A stretch of DNA of 64,000 bases from IMG/VR virus record IMGVR_UViG_3300031578_000001. One strand, given 5' to 3'. This stretch comes from a virus. Position numbers and translations under genes: made by a program. Shown here in pieces: positions 39,543 through 47,998 of this stretch (position 1 is its first letter; every line of letters begins with the position of its first letter). The notes under the pieces were generated by a model. It had not been told where the DNA came from. It made no database searches and worked only from the letters and a program-made list of their open reading frames with translations.

Positions 39543-40039
39543 TTAGGCTTCTCCACACGCCCTTTATAGGCGTCGATCGTCATATGGAAGTCCTTGGTCC
39601 TCTTGTCTCCGAACAGGATCGTGACCTTCGGATGCCTGAGCGCCCTGACCGCGATCTCACGGTCGAGTTCCTTGATCGTAATCGCTTCCATGCCGTCGAT
39701 GTAGCAGATGCCCATGACATCAGTCGTCCAGATCAGGTCGCTGAATGACATCTCGCCCGGTTCGTGCCATGCCCCCGTCCGAAGCCAGGTCAGGACCTGA
39801 GAGCCCGGCAAGCAGTCCACCATGTCCGCATGATGGGCGAGGGCGGCGAGAACGTCTGCGACGACGCTTTCTCTTTTTTGTGGAATGAGGATCAGGCGTC
39901 CCTTTAGGAGGTCTTCGTTCGGAGTCTTCTTCTCCTGCACCTTCTCCAGGACGGTTTCCGCGATACCAATCGGATATATCCACTCTGCCAACCATTCCAC
40001 CACGTTCCGGCTTTTGTGGATCGGGTCCCTCCAGATCAT
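39536..40039 (-). CDS. hypothetical, possibly degenerate DnaC/IstB-like helicase loader
   Basis: alpha/beta pattern, adjacent to DnaB; no Walker A. Confidence 0.35.
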   Translation of the reverse strand: MIWRDPIHKSRNVVEWLAEWIYPIGIAETVLEKVQEKKTPNEDLLKGRLILIPQKRESVVADVLAALAHHADMVDCLPGSQVLTWLRTGAWHEPGEMSFSDLIWTTDVMGICYIDGMEAITIKELDREIAVRALRHPKVTILFGDKRTKDFHMTIDAYKGRVEKPKC

Positions 40040-40220
40040 TACGAACCTCCTTGATTTCCTTTTTCAGTTCACGGAGTAGCGTTTCAATCCGAGAGACGGA
40101 GGTCAGGAGGTCGGCCGGAACCGGCCTCCCTTCCTCCTCTCTTCGGCGGATTTCAGCCTTCAAAGAGGCCCAGTAGGCTGATGCGTGGATGATCGAAGAA
40201 TGGTCGTCGTCTATTCGCAT
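39720..40220 (-). CDS. hypothetical coiled-coil protein (3' half overlaps next gene)
   Basis: start overlaps RNase H stop; N-terminal helical part plausible. Confidence 0.4.
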   Translation of the reverse strand: MRIDDDHSSIIHASAYWASLKAEIRRREEEGRPVPADLLTSVSRIETLLRELKKEIKEVRNDLEGPDPQKPERGGMVGRVDISDWYRGNRPGEGAGEEDSERRPPKGTPDPHSTKKRKRRRRRSRRPRPSCGHGGLLAGLSGPDLASDGGMARTGRDVIQRPDLDD

Positions 40221-40912
40221 CTCGGACCAATCAGTTGGGTACTATCTTGAAGATCGACGTAGACGGATTTCCGCTCACACACAGCCCATGATCTCGTCTT
40301 GATGAGACGGAATGCGTCCGGCCATTTCTTCTTGTTGGCCCTGTTCCCATTCACGCACGGGAAGAATTTGCATAGAGAACACCCGAGAGGGATGTTACCG
40401 ATGGGGACGTCCTTGTCGATTGCGACTCCATTCTTCCATGTCTGGCTGCATGCGTAATCCACCAGCTCGTTGAAGAAGTACCCTTGGTGTCCACGTACGT
40501 GCCGACCTACCACGGTCACGGAGTTCTCGAGGAGCGCCCGTTTAATCATTACGATTAGGTCTTCGTTCTTCTTCATGCCCCACTTGCTGTTAAACAAGAT
40601 GTTCAGGGCGTACTCGGAGTCTGACCAGGCCGGGATGATGCGCTTCTCCCCGTCGTTGAAAAACAGGACTGAGGCGCTGGCCAGGATGTTGAATGCGGTC
40701 AACTCCATTCTGGAGTTCGTGACGCTTGAGTAACCTTCCGCGTACTCGGTGCAGACCCGGATCCTGTCGAGCATCGGTATGGAGTCCTGGACTCGTGTCG
40801 TTACGAATGCAACCCCCGCGGATCCTTTAGAGAATACGCTCGCATTGTTGACGTTCACGGATCCGTCGAGGAACGCGATGATCTTAGGAACGGTCGGCAA
40901 CGAGGTCGACAT
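40211..40912 (-). CDS. rnhA: ribonuclease HI with C-terminal Cys cluster
   Basis: FLDGS, TNSRMELTA, WSDSEY, HVRGHQGYFFNELVD. Confidence 0.88.
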   Translation of the reverse strand: MSTSLPTVPKIIAFLDGSVNVNNASVFSKGSAGVAFVTTRVQDSIPMLDRIRVCTEYAEGYSSVTNSRMELTAFNILASASVLFFNDGEKRIIPAWSDSEYALNILFNSKWGMKKNEDLIVMIKRALLENSVTVVGRHVRGHQGYFFNELVDYACSQTWKNGVAIDKDVPIGNIPLGCSLCKFFPCVNGNRANKKKWPDAFRLIKTRSWAVCERKSVYVDLQDSTQLIGPRCE

Positions 40913-41894
40913 ACTGCTCCTCCGGCTTGCTCACGAATTCAGCCCTCTCCTCACCCCACACGACCTTCCCCTCGTCGATGCGGATGTCGAAGATTCTGGA
41001 GACCTTCACGATCTGGAGCTCATCGTCCAGGTACATCGTGGACAGCGAGACTCTGGAGATATGCTGATCCTTCGAAGGCTGGGTCTCGAGTATCCAGATA
41101 ACCTCAGGCTTGATCGAATCCGCGTACTCACGAATCCTCTTCCACCGCTCAGAGTTCGGAACCTGGATGTTGACCATGTGGACGTTAACGTCGTCCATCA
41201 TGAGAAGGGTCTTGTGTGGTCTGGGGGTCTTCTCCAGGAACTCAGCCACGGCCGTCTCTGTTCTCGGTCTGATAGAGCCGCCTTCGATGAAGCCGTGGAC
41301 GATGATCGGCTGAAACTTCATCTTCTCGTTGAGTCTGGTGTCGATGATGGAATCTGTTCTCTCCTTCGCGAACTTGAACGAAAGTTCCCGAACGTGGGCC
41401 ATCTCGTTCATGTTGAGGAGGGCCAGGACGGCGGATGGCGTGTAGTTGAGAGACTCGTTGGTGAGGGGCCGCACGGTGAGCTGCGAGATGTCGTCATCCA
41501 GCTTGAGAGGAAGGTTACCGCCGATCCTCGCGGAGTACCGATTGAGGAGCCTGTTCAGCAGGTACTTCATCTCCGCGCTCAGCATCTTGAAGGCGTGAGC
41601 TGCGGGACGGATCTCGGGATCGAGGCCTCTTCCGGCCGGATGACAGCGGTCGACGAGGTACTGGCGCAGTTCGATGATCGTGAGGTTGATGTTTTTGATC
41701 TTGGCGAGGACCGTGATCTCCTCCTCGTTGAGTTCGACCACATCCCCCACCGTGAAGGCCTTGCCTCCGACGATGAAGTTATCGCCGTCGACGTACTGCG
41801 TGAGAACGTCGTTCTCGGACTTTAGGAACTCCAGTTCCTTGTTGAAGTTCATCAAGAGATTCTGGATGATCGGGTTCGATTGCGGGTCACTCAT
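40884..41894 (-). CDS. hypothetical protein
   Basis: 336 aa ORF with GAGAAGG RBS. Confidence 0.7.
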   Translation of the reverse strand: MSDPQSNPIIQNLLMNFNKELEFLKSENDVLTQYVDGDNFIVGGKAFTVGDVVELNEEEITVLAKIKNINLTIIELRQYLVDRCHPAGRGLDPEIRPAAHAFKMLSAEMKYLLNRLLNRYSARIGGNLPLKLDDDISQLTVRPLTNESLNYTPSAVLALLNMNEMAHVRELSFKFAKERTDSIIDTRLNEKMKFQPIIVHGFIEGGSIRPRTETAVAEFLEKTPRPHKTLLMMDDVNVHMVNIQVPNSERWKRIREYADSIKPEVIWILETQPSKDQHISRVSLSTMYLDDELQIVKVSRIFDIRIDEGKVVWGEERAEFVSKPEEQYVDLVADRS

Positions 41895-42966
41895 GGTTCT
41901 CCTTCCTCTCGAACAAATGGTCCAGGTTGTCTACCTCGGGAATCTCCTGCTCGGGGAGTTCGTTGTCCGTGTCCTTGAGCTGATCGAAGGTCGCTCGGGC
42001 CTCGTCGTACCCGGTGATCCGGATGACCCGGTCGATGTGTTTCCGGATCATGTAGACCGAGAGCTTCCCGTTCCACGAGATGGCCTCCTCGGCGTCTTGA
42101 TTCCATCGCTGGGCCACGATGAGGAGGATCTTCGCGAAGGCTGTCTTGGAGACTCCTCTGGACTCGGCCGCGGCAAGAGTATCGTTCATGGCCTTGGCGT
42201 AGCGAGGCGGAACGGAGGTCGGGGAGTTGAGGAACTCGACGTCGTCGCCGGATTTGATGTCGAATTGGCCACAGAGAAGGTGTAGGTAGTAGAAGAAGGC
42301 TTTACCTCCCCATTTTTCGGCGTTACGGGCGCTGATCCCGTGTGACGTTCGTTGCCGTTTCAGGGCCTGTTTCTCGATAGCTTTCTCGGATCGTTTCCCG
42401 GCGTCCTCAGCACACTGTTCCAAGGTCTTCCGTGGGCCTTTTCTCACGGCCTCTCCCTTCGTCTGACTCGCCGGAGTTTGCTCCGGCGATATGGATGTTT
42501 CTTGGATCTGTTTCATTGGATCTGTTTCTGTTAGCCAAAAAAGCTCACCCCCCACGCCAATTTGGCTCACCCCCCACGCCAAATTTGCGCACCCCCCGAA
42601 GCCAGGGGAGATTCGACTCGGGTCAAGGGGGAGCACATTTACGGCGCTGAGACGAACCGGAATGGTCTTGGGAAGGCCATTATCGTCGACCCATCGGCGA
42701 ACCAGGCCGTTATCCACGAGTTCCTTGATGTATCTCGATACGGACCGTCGACATATACCAAGTTCGTTCGCTATGGAGACGTTGGTGTACCAGATGGGTC
42801 TGGTCTTGTTGGGCCATCCTGAGGCGAAGATGATGAAGGCGTACAGCAGGCGTGCGCCTGGGGTTAGGGCCTTAGCCGTTATGATATCTATTGGAAAACG
42901 ACTGAACCTTATCTCGGGCGAGTCCGGCAAACAAGCGGACTCGCGCCGTTTTGCGAGCTCCATCAT
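41887..42966 (-). CDS. HTH replication initiator (lambda O-like)
   Basis: LTPGARLLYAFI...WYTNVSIANELGICRRSVSRYIKELVDNGLV winged HTH; internal repeats. Confidence 0.7.
   Translation of the reverse strand: MMELAKRRESACLPDSPEIRFSRFPIDIITAKALTPGARLLYAFIIFASGWPNKTRPIWYTNVSIANELGICRRSVSRYIKELVDNGLVRRWVDDNGLPKTIPVRLSAVNVLPLDPSRISPGFGGCANLAWGVSQIGVGGELFWLTETDPMKQIQETSISPEQTPASQTKGEAVRKGPRKTLEQCAEDAGKRSEKAIEKQALKRQRTSHGISARNAEKWGGKAFFYYLHLLCGQFDIKSGDDVEFLNSPTSVPPRYAKAMNDTLAAAESRGVSKTAFAKILLIVAQRWNQDAEEAISWNGKLSVYMIRKHIDRVIRITGYDEARATFDQLKDTDNELPEQEIPEVDNLDHLFERKENHE
42491..42604. repeat. iteron-like direct repeats plus GATCT 13-mers (candidate replication origin)
   Basis: GCTCACCCCCCACGCCAA x2 (42543, 42565) + degenerate third (42587), 22-bp period; TTGGATCTGTTTC x2 (42502, 42516). 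Confidence 0.7.
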
Positions 42967-43051
42967 TCCTCCTGTTATTCCGGCAGTTCTTTGCGGCGTT
43001 GCACCGCAGAGGCAAGTGAAATTGTATCGCTGGATGGGAACTCGTCAAGGC

Positions 43052-43711
43052 TTATTTGAAGAAGATCTCTACGTCCTCGTTGAAGATGGTGAGATGGTTG
43101 CTCGCGGTGGACACCGACACCGTGCTTCCTTTGATGATAAGAAGGTTCTGGGCAATGACGTCGGATAGCACGCTGGCGCATCTGGAAGTGCGCGATGGCT
43201 TCGATGCCGTGGAGATCTCGATCTTGATTTCTTTCTTGACGAGGCTGATCTTGAAGATGGTGTACTTCATCGATCCGGATCTGTTCTTGATCGTTCTCGG
43301 GATCAGATCCATGATGCAACTTTGCATTATCGTCGTCGACATGGTCTGGTTGTGGATCGTGGACCGCTTCTTGTATGGATCGAGGGTCCTCGATCCGGTC
43401 TTCTCGGTACGTTTCCCGGGATTGAAGAAGTCCTTGTGCCACCTACGTACCGCATGCTCGTCCTCCGTGACGAAGCAATCGGGGACGACCGATGGGTAGA
43501 TCTTGTTCTTGAAGAGGCTGCGCATGGCCTGACTCATCTCCCGTGTGCTCGAGTATGACGTCTTGGATCTCTCGGGCATGAACCTGAACATCAGGATGCG
43601 GAGATACTTTTCAACTTCGATGGAGAAGTTGTTCGGAAGCACGCAGCCGGCCTCTTTGAGAGTTTTCTTCAGCAGGGGCACGTCGACCGCTTCGATGAGA
43701 TCCTTCGCCAT
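43052..43711 (-). CDS. hypothetical protein
   Basis: 219 aa, AGGAG RBS. Confidence 0.65.
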   Translation of the reverse strand: MAKDLIEAVDVPLLKKTLKEAGCVLPNNFSIEVEKYLRILMFRFMPERSKTSYSSTREMSQAMRSLFKNKIYPSVVPDCFVTEDEHAVRRWHKDFFNPGKRTEKTGSRTLDPYKKRSTIHNQTMSTTIMQSCIMDLIPRTIKNRSGSMKYTIFKISLVKKEIKIEISTASKPSRTSRCASVLSDVIAQNLLIIKGSTVSVSTASNHLTIFNEDVEIFFK

Positions 43712-43712
43712 C

Positions 43713-44894
43713 TCACACTCCTTTCAGGATCTGGGTTTCAACGTCGGCCCCCTCGCCGGTCTCCGCATTCAGTAGTCCGACGCCGGCGACCTCGAATCCG
43801 GCTTCCTTTGCCCGTTCTTCGACTGCCTTCGCGGCGGCTACGATGTCCGACTCTTTGGCACTTCCACTTATGGTGATCAGGGCTGCTGTTTCGTAGGTGT
43901 GGTCTTCCTCGGGTCGGCGGCAATGGTCGCAGGGCACCGTGCAGTCGATCGTTCCGTGGTCGGTGAAGTGTTGCGTGCCGATTGTGAACGGGTGGGGTTT
44001 GATTCTGCTTCCCGGAAGTCCATCATCAGGTCCGGTGTAGTGTCTCATGAGGCGTTGGATCTTCAGGTTCTCAGGCATGGCGACTTCGTGTTTCAGGACG
44101 ATCTCGAGGTCGTCTTCCTTCAGGTCGGGGAAGAAGGGCTTCATCCCGGCCGTTTTGCGCTTCTTGTCGAAGAGGTATCTGGCCAGTGGGTCGTTGGTGA
44201 AGATGTCCTTGCTGCACTTCTCCCTGCCCAGTGAGCAGGCCCACTCGAACGCCTTCTTGTCGTTGATGATGTGCGTGGCTCTCCGATACCGGCAGATCCA
44301 TTTCGGACCGCCTCCTTTGTAGAGGTGCGAGATGAGCACGCCGGCGATCTCGGCACGCCCGATGATCTTCACCTGGAGGCACGACTCCACGGCGTGGAGC
44401 AGCTGTTCCGGATCCATGTTAGGATCCATGACGGTGGGATTGTCGTAGTAGCCCATCCACCATGAGTGGAAGGGCTCTGTTCCCCTGTACTCATCGAACC
44501 CATCAACCGGCGTGTTGCTTTCGATGGGGACAGCGTCACCCCAGCACCCACCGACGTCGAATACGATCCCGTGCTCGTTGGCGTACTCACGCATCCTTTG
44601 GAGCGCCCATTTTCCGATCTCGTCGTCTGCGTCGTCGCCTCCCCTCGGATCCCCGTCTTTCAGGCCGAGGGATCTCTCGAACGTGCTGAGGCAGTTCCCG
44701 AAGGAGCCTGGTGAATTGAGCGAGAAGTAGTCGGCGAGGATCTGCATCTCTCCGGTGATCTTGCAACTGTCACACGTTTCCAGAGTGTGCCTACCGTTCA
44801 CCCATTTCATCTTGAGCCGCTTGTCCGGTGGTGTCTCGTGCATCCAGATCAGCGTGCTCGCGTTCAGGTGGTACTTCCTCAGGGGTACTCCCAT
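43713..44894 (-). CDS. hypothetical multi-domain protein with Cys/His clusters
   Basis: 393 aa, AAGGAG RBS; CDSC and CDHC..PEEDH. Confidence 0.65.
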   Translation of the reverse strand: MGVPLRKYHLNASTLIWMHETPPDKRLKMKWVNGRHTLETCDSCKITGEMQILADYFSLNSPGSFGNCLSTFERSLGLKDGDPRGGDDADDEIGKWALQRMREYANEHGIVFDVGGCWGDAVPIESNTPVDGFDEYRGTEPFHSWWMGYYDNPTVMDPNMDPEQLLHAVESCLQVKIIGRAEIAGVLISHLYKGGGPKWICRYRRATHIINDKKAFEWACSLGREKCSKDIFTNDPLARYLFDKKRKTAGMKPFFPDLKEDDLEIVLKHEVAMPENLKIQRLMRHYTGPDDGLPGSRIKPHPFTIGTQHFTDHGTIDCTVPCDHCRRPEEDHTYETAALITISGSAKESDIVAAAKAVEERAKEAGFEVAGVGLLNAETGEGADVETQILKGV

Positions 44895-45204
44895 CGATCT
44901 GCTCCTTCACTCCATCGACCAGTTTGAATCCGGCGATTTTCTCGCACTCCTTCAACCACTCATCGCACTCGAAGAACTCGACGTCGACGTCCATGTTCGC
45001 CAGGTGGCAGAGTTGGATGAGGATGAGGCAGACCGGTGCAGACGTGTTCTGCTTGTCAGTGCCCGGTCCGAAGGCCCTGTAGGCCTCGGTGAGAGCCTTG
45101 GATACGGCGAGCCCGTTACAGGCCCCATGAAAAATATAGAGGGCATCGGATGCGGCCTTGCGTTGCACGGCCGAGGATCCAGACGATATCAATTCCGTGG
45201 ACAT
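44791..45204 (-). CDS. phage hypothetical protein
   Basis: AAGGAGG RBS; DAL...GACN...GTDKQN.APV pattern. Confidence 0.65.
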   Translation of the reverse strand: MSTELISSGSSAVQRKAASDALYIFHGACNGLAVSKALTEAYRAFGPGTDKQNTSAPVCLILIQLCHLANMDVDVEFFECDEWLKECEKIAGFKLVDGVKEQIDGSTPEEVPPEREHADLDARDTTGQAAQDEMGER

Positions 45205-45213
45205 GATTCCTCC

Positions 45214-45432
45214 TTAAGTCTGTCCCGACTGTGTCTCCAGTAAGACGCGGAGGGAGAAGAGGATCATCTTTTGGTTGAGCAGGATGCTGATCTGCCCCAA
45301 GAGGATCTCTGCTGTAACGATGCTGGTGGAAGCGGATCCGAACGTGACCATCGCGGCGGTCTCTTTGATCTGGGCGATCCTCTCGTCGATCAGGGGGATG
45401 GCGCTTTTGAGTGTATCTAACGCCTCAGACAT
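45214..45432 (-). CDS. small helical protein
   Basis: AGGAG RBS. Confidence 0.6.
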   Translation of the reverse strand: MSEALDTLKSAIPLIDERIAQIKETAAMVTFGSASTSIVTAEILLGQISILLNQKMILFSLRVLLETQSGQT

Positions 45433-45463
45433 CAGAAAATCTCCTACTTAGATGCAGAGATTC

Positions 45464-45622
45464 CTAAGAGGAAGCGGGACCGTTTCCTTCGGGGTCGCAC
45501 GAGACTTCGATTTTGTACCCATTGTCCAACTTGAACCACGGGAATCCGTCCGTGCCTACGCCAGTCTCGACGATCGTTCGGCCTTTCAAAGATTCCATGT
45601 ATTTCTTCATGTTGTCGTTCAT
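45464..45622 (-). CDS. 52-aa ORF, possibly frameshifted near its end
   Basis: MNDNMKKYMESLKGRTIVETG...SCDPEGNGPASS; GAGGA RBS. Confidence 0.5.
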   Translation of the reverse strand: MNDNMKKYMESLKGRTIVETGVGTDGFPWFKLDNGYKIEVSCDPEGNGPASS

Positions 45623-45658
45623 CGTCTTCCTCGCACCAAACGGTTAGGTACAACGAGA

Positions 45659-45688
45659 GGGCGGAGCGCCCGATTGGACGCCCCGCCC
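45659..45688 (-). other. conserved GC hairpin, copy 1 (3' of Ubl gene)
   Basis: GGGCGGGGCGUCC-AAUC-GGGCGCUCCGCCC, 13 bp incl. 2 G-U. Confidence 0.75.
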
Positions 45689-45696
45689 ATGATTAC

Positions 45697-45951
45697 TTAT
45701 CCCCTCGACTTGGAACTCGTCTTGAAGTAGATGTGATCACCGTCCTCGAGGACAGTGCTCTCGTCCATGATCTCGCCGTTGACCAGGGCGGCCATGTCGT
45801 TGGTGATATTCATCTCATCGGAAAACCGGAATCGGATCTGCTTGACGGTGACGATCTCTCCCTCATTGAGGGTGAGTTCGATCGGTTCCATGTCTTCCCC
45901 GAGATCGCTGTTGGGTTCCCGTTCGATCGTGATGACTCTTGTGAGATCCAC
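45697..45951 (-). CDS. ubiquitin-like (beta-grasp) protein
   Basis: 84 aa, GTG with GGAGG RBS; ALVNGE...TVLEDGDHIYF ThiS/MoaD-like pattern; C-terminal Gly (KSRG). Confidence 0.8.
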   Translation of the reverse strand: MDLTRVITIEREPNSDLGEDMEPIELTLNEGEIVTVKQIRFRFSDEMNITNDMAALVNGEIMDESTVLEDGDHIYFKTSSKSRG

Positions 45952-46657
45952 GGCTCCTCCCTTTCGTAACGAGGGACTTCTGAAGAAGGGGAATCATCTT
46001 CCCCGTTCTTGTGTCCACACGGATTTCGTTGATCGATGGCTTGGCCTTCGATAGCACATGATGAACGAGGATTTCCATGGCTACCGCCGTTGCCTTGTTG
46101 GCCAGAGCCGTCTGAGGCCCCGACTCGAGGCATCCTCCCTCGCCCGGAAGCGGATCCTTATCCGCGAGGATTTCCGGTGCGATGTGGGAGACTTTCGGAA
46201 GTATGTTGCGTCCGCTTTTACGGACGTATGCTTGCGCCTGGCCGCCGTGATTGTCGTTCCCTCCGACGACATAGATGGCGTTCTTTTTACGGGCTACCTC
46301 GGTCTCGAGGAATACCCTTACACCGTCTCTGTCGACACATCCGAGGAACAGATAGCATCTATCGATCCAGAGCGACCTATGCTTCTCCAGGGTTTCGTGG
46401 TTGAGGTACTCAGGCACGGCATGGATCATGACGTGGCCATCCAGGTCGAACCGTTCCTTGGCCATCGTTGCGATCATGATGGCCTTGTTCTTTCCGATAG
46501 CCGACGGGAAGAACTGCCTGGTCAGATTATTCAGTTCGACCGAATCTCCATCGATGACGTAAAGAGACGACTTCTTCTCAAGGGAGAGTAGATACCTGAT
46601 GATGTCTTCCCACAGATGGTAGGTGATTCCACCTGCTCCAAGGATCGCTACTTTCAT
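45863..46657 (-). CDS. E1/ThiF-family adenylyltransferase
   Basis: ILGAGG, IDGDSVELNNLTRQ, GKNKA, GCVD, candidate catalytic Cys (GGCLE); ATGA-coupled to JAB gene. Confidence 0.88.
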   Translation of the reverse strand: MKVAILGAGGITYHLWEDIIRYLLSLEKKSSLYVIDGDSVELNNLTRQFFPSAIGKNKAIMIATMAKERFDLDGHVMIHAVPEYLNHETLEKHRSLWIDRCYLFLGCVDRDGVRVFLETEVARKKNAIYVVGGNDNHGGQAQAYVRKSGRNILPKVSHIAPEILADKDPLPGEGGCLESGPQTALANKATAVAMEILVHHVLSKAKPSINEIRVDTRTGKMIPLLQKSLVTKGRSRGSHKSHHDRTGTQQRSRGRHGTDRTHPQ

Positions 46658-47802
46658 TGTCTCTCCTTCGAGTCGAAGTCCGGATCCGCATCCATGTCGT
46701 CGATCATGAAGTCGATCTGCTCGCTGATGGCTATATCCAGTTCCTCGAGATGTTCCATGGGAGCGATCGTTGAGAGGATCTCCACGAACCTGTCGTAGCA
46801 ACCGTGTTCCACGAAATACGTGGCGAAGACGCGCAGGACATCGTCGTGTGTCCCGTCTGCTGGTGGCCTGATCCCGGTCTGGGTGAACGTGAATATCCTC
46901 TCGTGGGGCTTCTCGGTTTTGGGGAGGTCAGCCGACATCTTTTTGACCGAATGCACCTTGAACTTGTCCGTGGCCAGTTCCGTCGCCTCTTCTTCGGTCT
47001 CGGTCCAGTAGACGACGTTGCCGGTGCGCTTGCTCAGGAGGAGGAATCCCGTCTTTTTACTCCTGACTTCTTCCAGCGGAAGGATCCTCTCCATGAACCA
47101 TCGGTACTCTTCGTCAGTGACGCGGTGGCTCGTGACCGATTCCGTAATCTTATTGATGCGGATGTCATGGCGTTCGCCCGCACCGGTGATGGATCCTACG
47201 ATGGACGGGGTATCATGATTCAGGTTTCCGATGACGATATAGATTCCCTCGCTCTCCATCTCGTTTTCGTCGTCGGTTCTCGAGAATCCGGCTCCGAACG
47301 CGCCATGGGAATGGATGGTTCCCGAGTGTCTGCCCTCGTAGCAGTATTCCAGATAGGCCGATCCGATGATCCCGAACTTAGCCCGATCGAGGACGTAGGA
47401 CTGGTGCTCCATATCCCACTTGAGAATGACGATCATCTCGGACTTATAGTCCTCGTAGGCTCTTCTGAAGATCCCCACGACTCTCGCAATGATGCTCATC
47501 GGGATGGGATGGATATGCTTGATGAAGAATCCAGGGTGGATCTTCCTCAGGGACGGGGCGACGTTCACGGGTCTGACTACGTGGAACTCGGCGGCTCTGT
47601 CCGGTCCTCCCACGTGCATGACCTTATAGATGCCGTCGTTTCCCGCCACGTAGGCGAAGTGTTTCTTGGACTGCTCAATGGCGTCCTGCACCGTTGTGTA
47701 TGGACGCTCGTAGAGGTCGTCCAAAGATACTTGTCTGGGCGTTCTCGAAGACGAATCCGATTTCGGTATTGTCCTTTGCTGCTGCTGCATTCGAGACTCC
47801 AA
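46654..47802 (-). CDS. JAB/MPN+ metallopeptidase (deubiquitinase-like) with C-terminal extension
   Basis: E...GTIHSHGAFGAGFSRTDD JAB motif. Confidence 0.88.
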   Translation of the reverse strand: MESRMQQQQRTIPKSDSSSRTPRQVSLDDLYERPYTTVQDAIEQSKKHFAYVAGNDGIYKVMHVGGPDRAAEFHVVRPVNVAPSLRKIHPGFFIKHIHPIPMSIIARVVGIFRRAYEDYKSEMIVILKWDMEHQSYVLDRAKFGIIGSAYLEYCYEGRHSGTIHSHGAFGAGFSRTDDENEMESEGIYIVIGNLNHDTPSIVGSITGAGERHDIRINKITESVTSHRVTDEEYRWFMERILPLEEVRSKKTGFLLLSKRTGNVVYWTETEEEATELATDKFKVHSVKKMSADLPKTEKPHERIFTFTQTGIRPPADGTHDDVLRVFATYFVEHGCYDRFVEILSTIAPMEHLEELDIAISEQIDFMIDDMDADPDFDSKERQ

Positions 47803-47998
47803 TCATTTCCTTGATGATCTCTATAGCCCCGACCTCCTCGAGACGTTTGATGAACCTGTCGCGGGCTACGGGATAATGTTTGCCGGTATCGGTCTTCTTC
47901 ACGGCATCAAGTAGAGACTCGATCCTGTTTCTCGGTTCGGTCCAGATGGTCGCATTTTTGAGTCTCATAATGCAATTCTCGAATTCGATATAGTTCAT
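47675..47998 (-). CDS. hypothetical protein in Ubl operon
   Basis: ATGA-coupled to E2 stop; 3' end overlaps JAB start. Confidence 0.5.
   Translation of the reverse strand: MNYIEFENCIMRLKNATIWTEPRNRIESLLDAVKKTDTGKHYPVARDRFIKRLEEVGAIEIIKEMIGVSNAAAAKDNTEIGFVFENAQTSIFGRPLRASIHNGAGRH

Noticed and set aside
42975-43442. 155-aa ORF overlapping 43052..43711 in another frame
   Set aside because: Same-strand alternative frame with Q/H/R-rich shadow composition; the other frame has the RBS and a normal composition.
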